Source: Escherichia phage 13a. From it: a stretch of 38,841 nucleotides of DNA. The notes under the pieces were generated by a model. It made no database searches. It was not told the origin of the DNA and saw only the letters and a program-made list of their open reading frames with translations. The stretch is from the sequence record NC_011045.1. One strand, 5' to 3'. Every line of letters begins with the position of its first letter. Positions within the stretch are counted from its first letter, which is position 1. A program made the position numbers and the translations under genes. Positions 29,059 through 38,841 of this stretch are shown piece after piece.

Positions 29059-32000
29059 ATGGATAAGTACGATAAGAACGTACCAAGTGATTATGATGGT
29101 CTGTTCCAAAAGGCGGCTGATGCCAACGGGGTCTCTTATGACCTTTTACGTAAAGTCGCTTGGACAGAATCACGATTTGTGCCTACAGCAAAATCTAAGA
29201 CTGGACCATTAGGCATGATGCAGTTTACCAAGGCAACCGCTAAGGCCCTCGGTCTGCGAGTTACCGATGGTCCAGATGACGACCGACTTAACCCTGAGTT
29301 AGCCATCAATGCTGCCGCTAAGCACCTTGCAGGTCTGGTGGGTAAATTCGATGGTGACGAACTCAAAGCTGCCCTTGCGTACAACCAAGGCGAGGGCCGC
29401 TTGGGTAATCAACAACTTGAGGCGTACTCTAAGGGAGACTTCGCATCCATCTCTGAGGAAGGACGGAACTATATGCGTAACCTTCTGGATGTTGCTAAGT
29501 CACCTATGGCTGGACAGTTGGAAACTTTTGGTGGCATAACCCCAAAGGGTAAAGGTATTCCGGCTGAGGTAGGATTGGCTGGAATTGGTCACAGTCAGAA
29601 AGTAACACAGGAACTTCCTGAGTCAACAAGTTTTGACGTTAAGGGTATAGAACAGGAGGCTCCGGCGAAACCATTCGCCAAGGACTTTTGGGAGACCCAC
29701 GGAGAAACACTTGACGAGTACAACAGTCGTTCAACCTTCTTCGGATTCAAAAATGCTGCCGAAGCTGAACTCTCCAACTCAGTCGCTGGGATGGCTTTCC
29801 GTGCTGGTCGTCTCGATAATGGTTTTGATGTGTTTAAAGACACCATTACGCCGACTCGCTGGAACTCTCACATCTGGACTCCAGAAGAGTTAGAGAAGAT
29901 TCGAACCGAGGTTAAGAACCCTGCGTATATCAATGTGGTAACTGGTGGTTCCCCTGAGAATCTTGACGACCTCATTAAGCTGGCTAACGATAACTTTGAG
30001 AATGACTCCCGCGCTGCCGAAGCTGGCCTAGGTGCCAAACTGAGTGCTGGTATTATTGGTGCTGGTGTGGACCCACTTAGCTATGTTCCTATGGTCGGTG
30101 TCACTGGTAAGGGCTTTAAGTTAATCAATAAGGCTCTTGTAGTTGGTGCCGAAAGTGCTGCTCTGAACATTGCATCCGAAGGTCTCCGTACCTCCGTAGC
30201 TGGTGGTGACGCAGACTATGCTGGTGCGGCCTTAGGTGGCTTTTTGTTTGGCGCTGGTATGTCTGCAATCAGTGACGCTGTAGCTGCTGGTCTGAAACGT
30301 AGCAAACCAGAAGCTGAGTTCGATAATGAGTTCATTGGTCCTATGATGCGGATGGAAGCACGTGAGACAGCGCGTAACGCCAACTCTGCGGACCTCTCTC
30401 GGATGAACACTGAGAACATGAAGTTTGAAGGTGAACATAATGGTGTCCCTTATGAGGACTTACCAACAGAGAGGGGTGCCGTGGTGTTACATGATGGCTC
30501 CGTTCTAAGTGCAAGCAACCCAATCAACCCTAAGACTCTAAAAGAGTTCTCCGAGGTTGACCCTGAGAAGGCCGCACGAGGAATCAAACTTGCTGGGTTC
30601 ACCGATATTGGCTTGAAGACCTTGGGGTCTGACGATGCTGACATCCGTAGAGTGGCTATTGACCTCGTTCGCTCTCCTACTGGTATGCAGTCTGGTGCCT
30701 CAGGTAAGTTTGGTGCAACAGCCTCGGACATCCATGAGAGACTTCACGGTACTGACCAGCGTACTTACAATGACTTGTACAAAGCAATGTCTGACGCTAT
30801 GAAAGACCCTGAGTTCTCTACTGGCGGCGCTAAGATGTCCCGTGAAGAAGCTCGCTACACTATCTACCGTAGAGCGGCACTAGCTATTGAGCGTCCAGAA
30901 CTACAGAAGGCACTCACTCCGTCTGAGAGAATCGTTATGGACATCATTAAGCGTCACTTTGACACCAAGCGTGAACTCATGGAGAATCCCGCAATCTTCG
31001 GTAATACGAAGGCTGTGAGTATCTTCCCTGAGAGTCGTCATAAGGGAACCTACGTTCCTCACGTATACGACCGTCACGCCAAGGCGCTGATGATTCAACG
31101 CTACGGTGTCGAAGGCTTACAGGAAGGTATTGCTCGTTCGTGGATGAACAGCTACGTCTCCAGACCTGATGTCAAGGCCAGAGTCGATGAGATGCTTAAG
31201 GAAGTACATGGGGTGAAGGAAGTAACGCCAGAGATGGTAGAGAAGTACGCTATGGATAAGGCTTACGGTATCTCCCACTCAGACCAGTTCACCAACAGTT
31301 CCATAATCGAAGAGAACATTGAGGGCTTAGTAGGTATCGAGAACAACTCATTCCTTGAGGCACGTAACTTGTTTGATTCGGACCTATCCATCACTATGCC
31401 AGACGGACAGCAATTCTCAGTGAACGACCTAAGGGACTTCGATATGTTCCGCATCATGCCAGCGTATGACCGCCGCGTCAACGGTGACATCGCCATCATG
31501 GGGTCTACTGGTAAAACCACTAAGGAACTTAAGGATGAGATTTTGGCTCTCAAAGCGAAAGCTGAGGGGGACGGTAAGAAGACTGGCGAGGTACATGCTC
31601 TCATGGATACCGTTAAGATTCTTACTGGTCGTGCTAGACGTAATCAGGACACTGTGTGGGAAACCTCACTGCGTTCCATCAATGACCTAGGGTTCTTCGC
31701 TAAGAACGCCTATATGGGTGCTCAGAACATTACGGAGATTGCTGGGATGATTGTCACTGGTAACGTTCGTGCTCTCAGTCACGGTATCCCAATTCTGCGT
31801 GATACACTGTACAAGTCTAAACCAGTTTCCGCTAAGGAACTCAAGGAACTCCATGCGTCTCTGTTCGGGAAGGAGGTTGACCAGTTGATTCGCCCTAAAC
31901 GTGCTGACATTGTGCAGCGCCTAAGGGAAGCAACTGATACCGGACCTGCCGTGGCGAACATCGTAGGGACCTTGAAGTACTCCACACAGGAACTGGCTGC

Positions 32001-33015
32001 TCGCTCTCCGTGGACTAAGCTACTGAACGGAACCACTAACTACCTTCTGGATGCTGCGCGTCAAGGTATGCTTGGGGATGTTATTAGTGCCACCCTAACA
32101 GGTAAGACTACCCGCTGGGAGAAAGAAGGCTTCCTTCGTGGTGCCTCCGTAACTCCTGAGCAGATGGCTGGCATCAAGTCTCTCATCAAGGAACATATGG
32201 TACGCGGTGAGGACGGGAAGTTTACCGTTAAGGACAAGCAAGCGTTCTCTATGGACCCACGGGCTATGGACTTATGGCGACTGGCTGACAAGGTAGCTGA
32301 TGAGGCAATGCTGCGCCCACATAAGGTGTCCTTACAGGATTCCCATGCGTTCGGAGCATTGGGTAAGATGGTAATGCAGTTTAAGTCTTTCACTATCAAG
32401 TCACTTAACTCTAAGTTCCTGCGAACCTTCTATGATGGATACAAGAACAACCGAGCGATTGACGCTGCGATGAGTATCGTCACCTCTATGGGTCTCGCTG
32501 GTGGTTTCTATGCTATGGCTGTACACGTCAAAGCATACGCTCTGCCTAAGGAGAAACGTAAGGAGTACTTGGAGCGTGCACTGGACCCAACCATGATTGC
32601 CCACGCTGCGTTATCTCGTAGTTCTCACTTGGGTGCTCCTTTGGCTATGGCTGACCTAGTTGGTGGTGCCTTAGGGTTCGAGTCCTCCAAGATGGCTCGC
32701 TCTACGATTCTACCTAAGGATACCACGAAGGAACGTGACCCAAACAAACCGTACACCTCTAGAGAGGTAATGGGAGCTATGGGTTCAAACCTTCTGGAAC
32801 AGATGCCTTCTGCTGGCTTTGTGGCTAACGTTGGGGCTACCTTAATGAATGCTGCTGGCGTGGTCAACTCACCTAATAAAGCAACCGAGCAGGACTTCAT
32901 GACTGGTCTTATGAACTCCACAAAAGAGTTAGTACCTAACGACCCATTGACTCAACAGCTTGTGTTGAAGATTTATGAGGCGAACGGTGTTAACTTGAGG
33001 GAGCGTAGGAAATAA
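29059..33015 (+). CDS. 16: Internal virion protein D gp16 (1318 aa) with N-terminal lytic transglycosylase domain
   Basis: 1318 aa as T7 gp16; N-terminal LLRKVAWTESRFVPTAKSKTGPLGMMQF (SLT-like catalytic motif). Confidence 0.97.
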   Translation: MDKYDKNVPSDYDGLFQKAADANGVSYDLLRKVAWTESRFVPTAKSKTGPLGMMQFTKATAKALGLRVTDGPDDDRLNPELAINAAAKHLAGLVGKFDGDELKAALAYNQGEGRLGNQQLEAYSKGDFASISEEGRNYMRNLLDVAKSPMAGQLETFGGITPKGKGIPAEVGLAGIGHSQKVTQELPESTSFDVKGIEQEAPAKPFAKDFWETHGETLDEYNSRSTFFGFKNAAEAELSNSVAGMAFRAGRLDNGFDVFKDTITPTRWNSHIWTPEELEKIRTEVKNPAYINVVTGGSPENLDDLIKLANDNFENDSRAAEAGLGAKLSAGIIGAGVDPLSYVPMVGVTGKGFKLINKALVVGAESAALNIASEGLRTSVAGGDADYAGAALGGFLFGAGMSAISDAVAAGLKRSKPEAEFDNEFIGPMMRMEARETARNANSADLSRMNTENMKFEGEHNGVPYEDLPTERGAVVLHDGSVLSASNPINPKTLKEFSEVDPEKAARGIKLAGFTDIGLKTLGSDDADIRRVAIDLVRSPTGMQSGASGKFGATASDIHERLHGTDQRTYNDLYKAMSDAMKDPEFSTGGAKMSREEARYTIYRRAALAIERPELQKALTPSERIVMDIIKRHFDTKRELMENPAIFGNTKAVSIFPESRHKGTYVPHVYDRHAKALMIQRYGVEGLQEGIARSWMNSYVSRPDVKARVDEMLKEVHGVKEVTPEMVEKYAMDKAYGISHSDQFTNSSIIEENIEGLVGIENNSFLEARNLFDSDLSITMPDGQQFSVNDLRDFDMFRIMPAYDRRVNGDIAIMGSTGKTTKELKDEILALKAKAEGDGKKTGEVHALMDTVKILTGRARRNQDTVWETSLRSINDLGFFAKNAYMGAQNITEIAGMIVTGNVRALSHGIPILRDTLYKSKPVSAKELKELHASLFGKEVDQLIRPKRADIVQRLREATDTGPAVANIVGTLKYSTQELAARSPWTKLLNGTTNYLLDAARQGMLGDVISATLTGKTTRWEKEGFLRGASVTPEQMAGIKSLIKEHMVRGEDGKFTVKDKQAFSMDPRAMDLWRLADKVADEAMLRPHKVSLQDSHAFGALGKMVMQFKSFTIKSLNSKFLRTFYDGYKNNRAIDAAMSIVTSMGLAGGFYAMAVHVKAYALPKEKRKEYLERALDPTMIAHAALSRSSHLGAPLAMADLVGGALGFESSKMARSTILPKDTTKERDPNKPYTSREVMGAMGSNLLEQMPSAGFVANVGATLMNAAGVVNSPNKATEQDFMTGLMNSTKELVPNDPLTQQLVLKIYEANGVNLRERRK

Positions 33016-33035
33016 TACGACTCACTATAGGGAGA
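33013..33035 (+). promoter_or_regulatory. T7-type promoter phi17
   Basis: taatacgactcactatagggaga overlapping gene 16 stop. Confidence 0.9.
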
Positions 33036-33087
33036 GGCGAAAGAATCTTCTCCCTGTAGTCTCTTAGATTTACTTTAAGGAGGTCAA

Positions 33088-34764
33088 ATGGCTAACGTAA
33101 TTAAAACCGTTTTGACTTACCAGTTAGATGGCTCCAATAGTGATTTTAATATTCCGTTTGAGTATCTAGCCCGTAAGTTCGTAGCGGTAACTCTTATTGG
33201 CGTAGACCGCAAGGTCCTTACGATTAATACAGACTACCGTTTTGCTACTCGCACCACTATCTCTCTTACAAAGGCTTGGGGTCCAGCCGATGGCTACACG
33301 ACCATCGAGTTACGTCGAGTAACATCCACGACCGACAGATTGGTTGACTTTACGGACGGCTCAATCCTCCGTGCGTATGACCTTAACGTAGCTCAGATTC
33401 AAACGATTCACGTAGCGGAAGAGGCCCGTGACCTCACTGCGGATACTATCGGTGTCAATAACGATGGTCACTTGGATGCTCGTGGTCGTCGAATTGTGAA
33501 CCTAGCGAACGCCGTGGATGACCGCGATGCTGTTCCGCTTGGTCAACTAAAGACCATGAACCAGAACTCATGGCAAGCACGTAATGAAGCCTTACAGTTC
33601 CGTAATGAGGCTGAGACTTTCAGAAACCAAGCGGAGGGCTTTAAGAATGAGTCCGGTACTAACGCTACGAACACAAAGCAGTGGCGAGATGAGACCAAGG
33701 GTTTCCGAGACGAAGCCGAGCAGTTCAAGAATACGGCTGGTCAATACGATACATCTGCTGGGAACTCTGCTTCCGCTGCGCATCAATCTGAGGTAAACGC
33801 TGAGAACTCTGCCACAGCATCCGCTAACTCTGCTCATTTGGCAGAACAGCAAGCAGACCGTGCGGAACGTGAGGCAGACAAGCTGGGGAATTTTAATGGA
33901 CTGGCTGGTGCAATTGATAAGGTAGATGGAACCAATGTGTACTGGAAGGGAAATATTCACGCTAACGGGCGCCTTTACATTACCACAAACGGTTTTGACT
34001 GTGGTCAGTATCAACAGTTCTTTGGTGGTGACACTAATCGTTATTCTGTCATGGAGTGGGGAGATGATAACGGATGGCTGATGTATGTTCAACGTAGAGA
34101 GTGGACAACAGCGATAGGCGGTAACATCCAGTTAGTAGTAAACGGACAGATCATCACCCAAGGCGGAGCCATGACTGGTCAGCTAAAATTGCAGAATGGG
34201 CATGTTCTTCAATTAGAGTCCGCATCCGACAAGGCGCACTATATTCTATCTAAAGATGGTAACAGGAATAACTGGTACATTGGTAGAGGGTCAGATAACA
34301 ACAATGACTGTACCTTCCACTCCTATGTACATGGTACGACCTTAACACTCAAGCAGGACTATGCAGTAGTTAACAAACACTTCCACGTAGGTCAGGCCGT
34401 TGTGTCCACTGATGGTAATATTCAAGGTACTAAGTGGGGAGGTAAGTGGCTTGATGTTTACCTAAACGATACTTACGTTAAGAAGACAATGGCTTGGACT
34501 CAAGTATGGGCTGCTGATAGTGGTAAGTACCTGCCAGGAGGTTCTCAGACTGATACTCTCCCACAGGACTTACGATTCCGCAACATATGGATTAGGACCA
34601 GAAACAACTATTGGAACTTCTTCCGAACTGGTCCTGATGGTATCTACTTCCTTTCAGCCGAGGGCGGTTGGCTAAAATTCCAGATACACTCTAATGGCAG
34701 GGTATTTAAGAACATATCGGATAGAGATGCGCCTCCAACAGCAATAGCCGTAGAGGACGTGTAA
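33088..34764 (+). CDS. 17: Tail fiber protein gp17 (558 aa)
   Basis: MANVIKTVLTYQLDGSNSDFNIPFEYLARKFVAVTLIGVDRKVL... conserved N-terminus; C-terminal tip region differs from T7 as recalled. Confidence 0.97.
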   Translation: MANVIKTVLTYQLDGSNSDFNIPFEYLARKFVAVTLIGVDRKVLTINTDYRFATRTTISLTKAWGPADGYTTIELRRVTSTTDRLVDFTDGSILRAYDLNVAQIQTIHVAEEARDLTADTIGVNNDGHLDARGRRIVNLANAVDDRDAVPLGQLKTMNQNSWQARNEALQFRNEAETFRNQAEGFKNESGTNATNTKQWRDETKGFRDEAEQFKNTAGQYDTSAGNSASAAHQSEVNAENSATASANSAHLAEQQADRAEREADKLGNFNGLAGAIDKVDGTNVYWKGNIHANGRLYITTNGFDCGQYQQFFGGDTNRYSVMEWGDDNGWLMYVQRREWTTAIGGNIQLVVNGQIITQGGAMTGQLKLQNGHVLQLESASDKAHYILSKDGNRNNWYIGRGSDNNNDCTFHSYVHGTTLTLKQDYAVVNKHFHVGQAVVSTDGNIQGTKWGGKWLDVYLNDTYVKKTMAWTQVWAADSGKYLPGGSQTDTLPQDLRFRNIWIRTRNNYWNFFRTGPDGIYFLSAEGGWLKFQIHSNGRVFKNISDRDAPPTAIAVEDV

Positions 34765-34822
34765 TAAGCATCAAAGGAACTACTTTAAGTCCACGGATGG
34801 ACTATCACACTAAGGAGGACAC

Positions 34823-35026
34823 ATGTTGTCATTGGATTTTAACAACGAACTAATTAAAGCGGCACCGATTGTAGGTACAGGTGTTGCGGATGTTAGTGCA
34901 AGACTGTTCTTCGGGCTAAGCCTGAATGAATGGTTCTATGTGGCTGCTATCGCCTACACAGTGGTTCAGATTGGTGCCAAGGTAGTCGATAAGATTATTG
35001 ATTGGAAGAAAGCAACTAAGGAGTAA
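34823..35026 (+). CDS. 17.5: Holin gp17.5 (67 aa)
   Basis: MLSLDFNNELIKAAPIVGTGVADVSARLFFGLSLNEWFYVAAIAYTVVQIGAKVVDKIIDWKKATKE; TM segment. Confidence 0.93.
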   Translation: MLSLDFNNELIKAAPIVGTGVADVSARLFFGLSLNEWFYVAAIAYTVVQIGAKVVDKIIDWKKATKE

Positions 35027-35030
35027 CTTT

Positions 35031-35300
35031 ATGGAAGTCGATAAGAGCCTGATAGCTTTGTTAGAGATGTTGGATACAGCGATGGCCCAACGTATGCTGG
35101 CAGACCTAGCTAACGACGAGAAGCGCACCCCACAACTCTATAATGCTATCAACAAACTGTTAGACCGTCACAAGTTCCAAATCGGTAAGTTGCAGCCGGA
35201 TGTTCACATCTTGGGTGGCCTTGCTGGTGCTCTTGAAGAGTACAAAGAGAAAGTAGGTGACAACGGTCTTACGGATGACGATATTTACACGTTACAGTGA
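35031..35300 (+). CDS. 18: Terminase small subunit gp18 (89 aa)
   Basis: ATG with taaggag SD; MEVDKSLIALLEMLDTAMAQRMLADLANDEKRTPQLYNAINKL... Confidence 0.93.
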   Translation: MEVDKSLIALLEMLDTAMAQRMLADLANDEKRTPQLYNAINKLLDRHKFQIGKLQPDVHILGGLAGALEEYKEKVGDNGLTDDDIYTLQ

Positions 35301-35350
35301 TATACTCAAGGCCACTACCTATAGTGGTCTTTATGGATGTCATTGTCTAC
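35301..35350 (+). promoter_or_regulatory. RNase III site R18.5-like
   Basis: atactcaaggccactacctatagtggtctttatggatgtcatt. Confidence 0.5.
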
Positions 35351-35394
35351 ACGAGATGCTCCTACGTGAAATCTGAAATTTAATGGGAGGCATT

Positions 35395-35838
35395 ATGCTA
35401 CAATTTTTGCGTAAACTCGTCCCTTGGGTTCTCGCTGGGATGCTATTCGGATGGGGATGGCACCTTGGGTCAGACTCAATGGACACCAAATGGAAACAGG
35501 AGGTACAGAATGAGTACGTTAAGAGAGTTGAGGCTACGGCGAGCACTCAAAGAGCAATCAATGAAATATCGGCTAAGTATCAAGAAGACCTTGCCGCGCT
35601 GGAAGGGAGCACTGATAGGATTATTTCTGATTTGCGTAGCGACAATAAGCGGCTGCGTGTCAGAGTCAAAACTACCGGAACCTCCGATGGTCAGTGTGGA
35701 TTCGAGCCTGATGGTCGAGCCGAACTTGACGACCGAGATGCTAAGCGTATTCTCGCAGTGACCCAGAAGGGTGACGCATGGATTCGTGCGTTACAGGATA
35801 CTATTCGTGAACTGCAACGTAAGCAGGAAATCAAGTAA
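35395..35838 (+). CDS. 18.5: Rz-like i-spanin gp18.5 (147 aa)
   Basis: MLQFLRKLVPWVLAGMLFGWGWHLGSDS... N-terminal TM, T7 gp18.5-like. Confidence 0.9.
   Translation: MLQFLRKLVPWVLAGMLFGWGWHLGSDSMDTKWKQEVQNEYVKRVEATASTQRAINEISAKYQEDLAALEGSTDRIISDLRSDNKRLRVRVKTTGTSDGQCGFEPDGRAELDDRDAKRILAVTQKGDAWIRALQDTIRELQRKQEIK
35510..35761 (+). CDS. 18.7: Rz1-like o-spanin gp18.7 (83 aa), embedded in +1 frame of 18.5
   Basis: MSTLRELRLRRALKEQSMKYRLSIKKTLPRWKGALIGLFLICVATISGC... lipobox-like ISGC; T7 gp18.7-like. Confidence 0.8.
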   Translation: MSTLRELRLRRALKEQSMKYRLSIKKTLPRWKGALIGLFLICVATISGCVSESKLPEPPMVSVDSSLMVEPNLTTEMLSVFSQ

Positions 35839-35847
35839 GGAGGCAAT

Positions 35848-37608
35848 GTGTCTACTCAATCCAATCGTAATGCGCTCGTAGTGGCGCAACTGAAAGGAGA
35901 CTTCGTGGCGTTCCTGTTCGTCTTATGGAAGGCGTTAAACCTTCCGGTGCCCACTAAGTGCCAAATAGATATGGCTAAGGTGCTTGCGAATGGAGACAAC
36001 AAGAAGTTCATCTTACAGGCTTTCCGTGGTATCGGTAAGTCGTTCATCACGTGTGCGTTCGTTGTGTGGTCCTTATGGAGAGACCCTCAGTTGAAGATAC
36101 TTATTGTATCAGCCTCTAAGGAACGTGCAGACGCTAACTCCATTTTCATCAAGAACATCATTGACCTGCTACCGTTTCTCAGTGAGTTGAAGCCAAGACC
36201 CGGACAGCGTGACTCTGTAATTAGTTTCGACGTAGGTCCAGCTAAGCCTGACCACTCTCCTAGTGTAAAATCAGTAGGTATCACTGGTCAGTTAACAGGT
36301 AGCCGTGCTGACATTATCATTGCGGATGACGTTGAGATTCCGTCTAACAGTGCTACTATGGGTGCCCGTGAGAAGCTATGGACTCTCGTTCAGGAGTTCG
36401 CTGCGTTGCTTAAACCGCTGCCTTCCTCTCGTGTTATCTATCTTGGCACACCTCAGACTGAGATGACTCTCTATAAGGAACTTGAGGATAACCGTGGGTA
36501 TACCACTATCATCTGGCCTGCTCTGTATCCAAGGACGCGTGAAGAGAACCTATATTACTCACAGCGACTTGCTCCTATGCTGCGTGCTGAGTACGATGAG
36601 AACCCTGAGGCACTCGCTGGGACTCCAACAGACCCTGTGCGCTTCGACCGTGATGACCTCCGTGAACGTGAGTTGGAATACGGTAAGGCTGGCTTCACGC
36701 TACAGTTCATGCTTAACCCGAACCTGAGTGATGCCGAGAAGTACCCTCTGAGGCTCCGTGACGCTATCGTAGCGGCCTTAGACTTAGAGAAGGCACCAAT
36801 GCACTACCAGTGGCTTCCGAACCGTCAGAACATCATTGAGGACCTTCCTAACGTTGGCCTTAAGGGTGATGACCTTCATACGTACCATGATTGCTCCAAC
36901 AACTCTGGTCAGTACCAACAGAAGATTCTGGTCATTGACCCTAGTGGTCGCGGTAAGGACGAAACAGGTTACGCTGTGCTGTACACCCTGAACGGTTATA
37001 TCTACCTTATGGAAGCTGGAGGTTTCCGTGATGGTTACTCTGATAAGACCCTTGAGTTGCTCGCTAAGAAGGCTAAGCAGTGGGGAGTCCAGACGGTTGT
37101 CTATGAGAGTAACTTCGGTGACGGTATGTTTGGTAAGGTGTTCAGTCCTATCCTTCTAAAACACCACAACTGTGCGATGGAAGAGATTCGTGCTCGTGGT
37201 ATGAAGGAGATGCGTATTTGTGATACCCTTGAGCCAGTCATGCAGACTCACCGCCTTGTCATTCGTGATGAGGTCATTAGGGCCGACTACCAGTCCGCTC
37301 GTGATGTAGATGGTAAGCATGACGTTAAGTATTCACTGTTCTACCAGATGACCCGCATCACTCGTGAGAAAGGCGCTCTGGCTCATGATGACCGATTAGA
37401 TGCCCTTGCGTTAGGCATTGAGTATCTCCGTGAGTCCATGCAGTTGGATTCCGTTAAGGTCGAAGGTGAAGTGCTTGCTGACTTCCTTGAGGAGCACATG
37501 ATGCGTCCTACAGTAGCTGCTACTCATATCATTGAGATGTCTGTGGGAGGAGTTGATGTGTACTCTGAGGACGATGAAGGCTACGGTACGTCTTTCATTG
37601 AGTGGTGA
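35848..37608 (+). CDS. 19: Terminase large subunit gp19 (586 aa)
   Basis: GTG start (track); [54 protein letters not shown]... near-identical to T7 gp19. Confidence 0.97.
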   Translation: MSTQSNRNALVVAQLKGDFVAFLFVLWKALNLPVPTKCQIDMAKVLANGDNKKFILQAFRGIGKSFITCAFVVWSLWRDPQLKILIVSASKERADANSIFIKNIIDLLPFLSELKPRPGQRDSVISFDVGPAKPDHSPSVKSVGITGQLTGSRADIIIADDVEIPSNSATMGAREKLWTLVQEFAALLKPLPSSRVIYLGTPQTEMTLYKELEDNRGYTTIIWPALYPRTREENLYYSQRLAPMLRAEYDENPEALAGTPTDPVRFDRDDLRERELEYGKAGFTLQFMLNPNLSDAEKYPLRLRDAIVAALDLEKAPMHYQWLPNRQNIIEDLPNVGLKGDDLHTYHDCSNNSGQYQQKILVIDPSGRGKDETGYAVLYTLNGYIYLMEAGGFRDGYSDKTLELLAKKAKQWGVQTVVYESNFGDGMFGKVFSPILLKHHNCAMEEIRARGMKEMRICDTLEPVMQTHRLVIRDEVIRADYQSARDVDGKHDVKYSLFYQMTRITREKGALAHDDRLDALALGIEYLRESMQLDSVKVEGEVLADFLEEHMMRPTVAATHIIEMSVGGVDVYSEDDEGYGTSFIEW

Positions 37609-37644
37609 TTTATGGGCCAAGGAAGGCCACTTTAAGGAGGTAAT

Positions 37645-38106
37645 ATGATAAGTAAGAAGAAGTATACAGTTGATAAGGATACTGGCTGCTGGAACTTTAA
37701 GGGATGTAAGACGAAGACTGGTTATGGTCGTCTCCGTGTAAATGGAGTCCATTGGATGGCCCACAGGTATTCCCTGAGTTGTCACCTAGGCAGACCGATA
37801 GCTGATGGAATGGTTGTGATGCACCTATGTGATAATCCGTCATGTGTTAACCCTGAGCATCTTAAAGAAGGGACTCAGAAGGAGAATATGGATGACTGTA
37901 AGGCCAAAGGTAGGATGTACAGGCCGGGTGCCACAGGAAAACAAAAGACCAGTACGGCGAAGGTTGCCTATCACGATGACTGGCGTAAAGACCAAGTTAT
38001 TCGCTATCATGTACGTTGGAAATGGAAGCCATCTCGAATTGCTGAGAAGATGAGGCTATCTATAACGTGGGTTAAGAGGGTCTTAGAGGAGTACGTAAGT
38101 CTTTGA
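37645..38106 (+). CDS. Free-standing HNH homing endonuclease (153 aa), inserted between gene 19 and phiOR
   Basis: ATG with taaggaggt SD; HNH motif HWMAHRYSLSCHLGRPIADGMVVMHLCDNPSCVNPEHLKEGTQKEN; rare-codon rich; no counterpart at this position in T7 as recalled. Confidence 0.85.
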   Translation: MISKKKYTVDKDTGCWNFKGCKTKTGYGRLRVNGVHWMAHRYSLSCHLGRPIADGMVVMHLCDNPSCVNPEHLKEGTQKENMDDCKAKGRMYRPGATGKQKTSTAKVAYHDDWRKDQVIRYHVRWKWKPSRIAEKMRLSITWVKRVLEEYVSL

Positions 38107-38158
38107 TATTTGAAAATAGTGAAACAGGTCTAAATGTATGTTTTTAAAGGCTGGAATC

Positions 38159-38181
38159 TAATTCGACTCACTATAGGGAGA
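38159..38181 (+). promoter_or_regulatory. T7-type promoter phiOR
   Basis: taattcgactcactatagggaga. Confidence 0.85.
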
Positions 38182-38282
38182 GCCTACCTAAAGATAACTA
38201 TAAGACTTACTATCAGACTTAAAGTGTCCTATAAGGTAGGTTGTTATTATTGTTAATACAACCAACATAAAGGAGGAGACTC

Positions 38283-38432
38283 ATGTTCCGCTTATTGTTG
38301 AACCTACTGCGGCATAGAGTCACCTACCGATTTCTTGTGGTACTTTGTGCTGCCCTTGGGTACGCATCTCTTACTGGAGACCTCAGTTCACTGGAGTCTA
38401 CCGTTTGCTCTATACTCACTTGTAGCGATTAG
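38283..38432 (+). CDS. 19.5: gp19.5 (49 aa), small hydrophobic protein
   Basis: MFRLLLNLLRHRVTYRFLVVLCAALGYASLTGDLSSLESTVCSILTCSD, T7 gp19.5-like; aaaggagg SD. Confidence 0.8.
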   Translation: MFRLLLNLLRHRVTYRFLVVLCAALGYASLTGDLSSLESTVCSILTCSD

Positions 38433-38509
38433 GGTCTTCCTGACAGACTGATGGCTCACCGAGGGATTCAGCGGTATGATTGCATCACACCACTTCATCC
38501 CTATAGAGT

Positions 38510-38640
38510 CAAGTCCTAAGGTATACCCATAAAGAGCCTCTAATGGTCTATCCTAAGGTCTATACCTAAAGATAGGCCATCCTATCAGTGGAACCTAAAG
38601 AGGGTCTTAGAGAGGGCCTAAGGAGTTCCTAGAGGGTCCT
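38510..38640. repeat. Dispersed CCTAA(A)G-type motifs preceding the right terminal repeat
   Basis: cctaag/cctaaag at about 38515, 38552, 38565, 38594, 38615. Confidence 0.4.
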
Positions 38641-38671
38641 TTAAAATATACCATAAAAATCTGAGTGACTA

Positions 38672-38841
38672 TCTCACAGTGTACGGACCTAAAGTTCCCC
38701 CATAGGGGTACCTAAAGCCCAGCCAATCACCTAAAGTTACCTTTCAGTTGACCTTGAGGGTCCCTAAGGGTTGGGGTTGGTCCTTGGGTTTACCTTTGAG
38801 TTGGTCCTTTGGTGTTACCTTGAGTGTCTCTCCTTGTCCCT
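38672..38841. repeat. Right direct terminal repeat (170 bp)
   Basis: Identical to 1-170 by eye. Confidence 0.93.

Overview
This window appears to be a complete linear genome of a T7-group podophage (T7-like, Autographiviridae): 38,841 bp bounded by a 170-bp direct terminal repeat (1-170 identical to 38672-38841). All recognisable genes lie on the + strand in canonical T7 order (ocr, RNA polymerase, ligase, SSB, endonuclease I, lysozyme, primase-helicase, DNA polymerase, exonuclease, portal, scaffold, capsid 10A/10B, tail tube, internal core proteins, tail fiber, holin, terminase). It carries three sigma70 early promoters, 17 T7-type 23-bp promoters, the TE and Tphi terminators and RNase III hairpins. 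Most proteins look near-identical to T7 as I recall it; I cannot name the strain without a database search. Main departures from T7: (1) DNA polymerase gene 5 is split by a 601-nt group I intron carrying an HNH homing endonuclease, an arrangement I recall being described for T7 relatives, so probably not novel; (2) a roughly 260-bp insertion bracketed by a duplicated R0.3-like RNase III hairpin lies upstream of ocr and carries a small, compositionally foreign Cys/His-rich ORF of unknown function, which is the best candidate here for something undescribed; (3) an extra free-standing HNH endonuclease gene sits between terminase gene 19 and phiOR; (4) T7 genes 0.6/0.7 (kinase), 2.8 and 5.3 appear absent; (5) the primase N-terminus and tail-fiber tip are locally divergent. 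No CRISPR array, tRNA, integrase or transposon was seen. All comparisons to T7 are from memory, not from an alignment.
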